This document shows positions 62,341 to 64,000 of a stretch of DNA of 64,000 nucleotides, in pieces. Every line of letters starts with the position of its first letter. Within the stretch, counting starts at the first letter, position 1. The stretch comes from Octopus sinensis (lineage: Eukaryota), in NCBI RefSeq assembly GCF_006345805.1, contig NC_043021.1:15624001-15688000 (forward strand), given 5' to 3'. Position numbers and translations under genes: made by a program. Below the pieces are notes generated by a model that saw only the letters and a list, made by a program, of their open reading frames with translations, was not told where the DNA came from and searched no databases.

Positions 62341-63080
62341 AATATATAATAAGAAGAAGAATCCTTGGATGGAATTTATAAACATTTAATGCATCGCTAC
62401 ACATGTTTCCACAAATCATGTGTTTCCTAAGATTACAATCTATATTCCTGAGATGATTACGGTGCAGCCCATAGCATCCATGGGTATTGGGCTGATCATC
62501 TTTATGGATTCGTTTCTTCAAGCGATATCATAAACAAATTTAAAAGATATCTATCTATATATGTATACACACATGCACATGTGTGCATGTGCACTTATAT
62601 ATATGCACGCATACATGCATCATTATTTAATGTCCACATTTGATGCTGGCAAATCAGCAAGACACGGCACCAAGCTTTGCAGCCTCTTTCGGTGTGGTTT
62701 CTATGACAATATGCGTTTCTTAACTCCAACGCATTACTTACATACCTACATGCATGCATATATATGTATATATCTTTGTCTATGCACATGTGTCTATATG
62801 TGTGTGTGTATTTATAGATAATATATACATATGTTGGCCTGCTCGCTTAGCCAGCGGGGTGGCATCATTGAAGGCTAAAACAATGCAAAGCGCATTGTGA
62901 CCAGCGATGTGCGGCAACATTACTGCTTCACAACCAGTGTTGGTGTGTTTATGTCCCTGTAACTTAGCAGTTCAGCAAAAAAGATTGATAGAATAAGCAC
63001 CACTTTAAAAAAAAAAAAAAGTAGTAATACTAGGGTTGATTCATTTCCATATTTAAGAGATGGGGAATTATGTATATCAT

Positions 63081-63212
63081 TTACATTTGACAGATATTTG
63101 TCCTCATCTTGTCGGCTGATACACCCCCCAGTCTTCATCAGGTGATTTGGGGAAATTTTGAACCTTAGGCTGGAGGGTGTATCAGCCAAATCATTGTGTT
63201 AACAACAAACAA
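63081..63212. mobile_element. Rearranged fragment of the same hammerhead-bearing element as 25545-26001
   Basis: ttacatttgacagatatttgtcctcatcttg and cttcatcaggtg..ggggaaattt on the minus strand, followed by aggctggagggtgtatcagcc..tgtgttaacaacaaac on the plus strand. Confidence 0.7.
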
Positions 63213-63331
63213 TGGGATTGATTCATTCGACTAAAATTTCAAGGTGGTGCCCCAGCATGGCCACAGTCTAGTGACTAAAGCAAGTAAAAGATAAAAGATA
63301 TATATGTATATGTGTGTATATATATTGTATG

Positions 63332-63362
<31 letters not shown>

Positions 63363-63780
63363 ATAAGAGATGAAAACACATTAGCAATATTATGAGTGTG
63401 TGTATATAAATACATATACACAGATGCCTCTCCACACACACAAACATATATACACACACATCTCCAATAGTAACACACACACACACACACACATATATCT
63501 ATATATATATATAGATATTATATATATATATATATATATAAGGTATCTTGGGAGGGTAGACAGATAGGGTATTCCCAATGTAGCACTCAACTTGAGTTTT
63601 AGGCTATCTATGCTGTTGGATGCCAGACAAATATTGAAATTCTTCAGGTGTAGAAAATCCAGACTTTACAAAGGTAAAATTGTTGTGTGGGTTTAGCAAA
63701 GAGGGAAATATAATCCAAATAAAGAAGACAAAAGAAGACTTTAAAACATTTGGAGACTTCCTTTGTCTTCTTATTTGGAT

Positions 63781-63813
<33 letters not shown>

Positions 63814-64000
63814 GTACGTACGTACGTACTATATATATATATAGTAATATCAATAAAAGGTGTGAAGTGATCTTGCTGTGAGGAGTGGAAAATCTAATGT
63901 TTTGGACGCAACAGCCCTTCTTTAATGGTAAAATTGAAAGGAGAGAAAGTAATGACAGACAGCAGAGTTTAAGGTCCTTTAAGTTATTTAAAAAAAAAAA

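Noticed and set aside
63603-63647. AIYAVGCQTNIEILQ between ag and gt, resembling HAVGC
   Set aside because: Only AVGC matches, the flanking residues do not fit Numb, and the donor gtgtag is poor.
31701-64000. Next numb exon (expected GERLSHAVGCAF...)
   Set aside because: Not found by eye in any frame; it is presumably beyond the window. A tblastn would settle it.

Overview
Eukaryotic, AT-rich and microsatellite-rich genomic DNA. It is most likely octopus (coleoid cephalopod); this is my recognition of the SINE landscape, not a database result. The whole window appears to lie inside one + strand gene, numb. Three phase-0 exons encoding most of the PTB domain are clear (4051-4125, 26060-26137, 31560-31700). 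They are separated by 21.9 kb and 5.4 kb introns, and the next expected exon (GERLSHAVGCAF...) was not found, so the last intron is probably >32 kb. The introns hold tRNA-derived SINEs of about 6 families, piggyBac- and mariner-type MITEs, Helentron-like elements, decayed LINE pieces and simple repeats. Nearly all ORFs in the supplied track are artefacts of these repeats. Most notable observations: (1) a full-length 5S rRNA copy fused to a retroposon 3' tail, with a target-site duplication; the same tail sits on other 5' partners. (2) A 460-bp palindromic insertion made of a Pol III (tRNA-like) head plus a minimal hammerhead-ribozyme tail, ending about 57 nt before a numb acceptor; further hammerhead relics of unrelated families are scattered in the window. 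(3) A 28-copy, 100-bp satellite that arose inside a SINE. (4) Head+3x-body SINE trimers with an identical junction at two loci. (5) A candidate 15-nt frame-preserving microexon in the numb PTB domain. Coordinates of repeat edges are approximate; all were read by eye.
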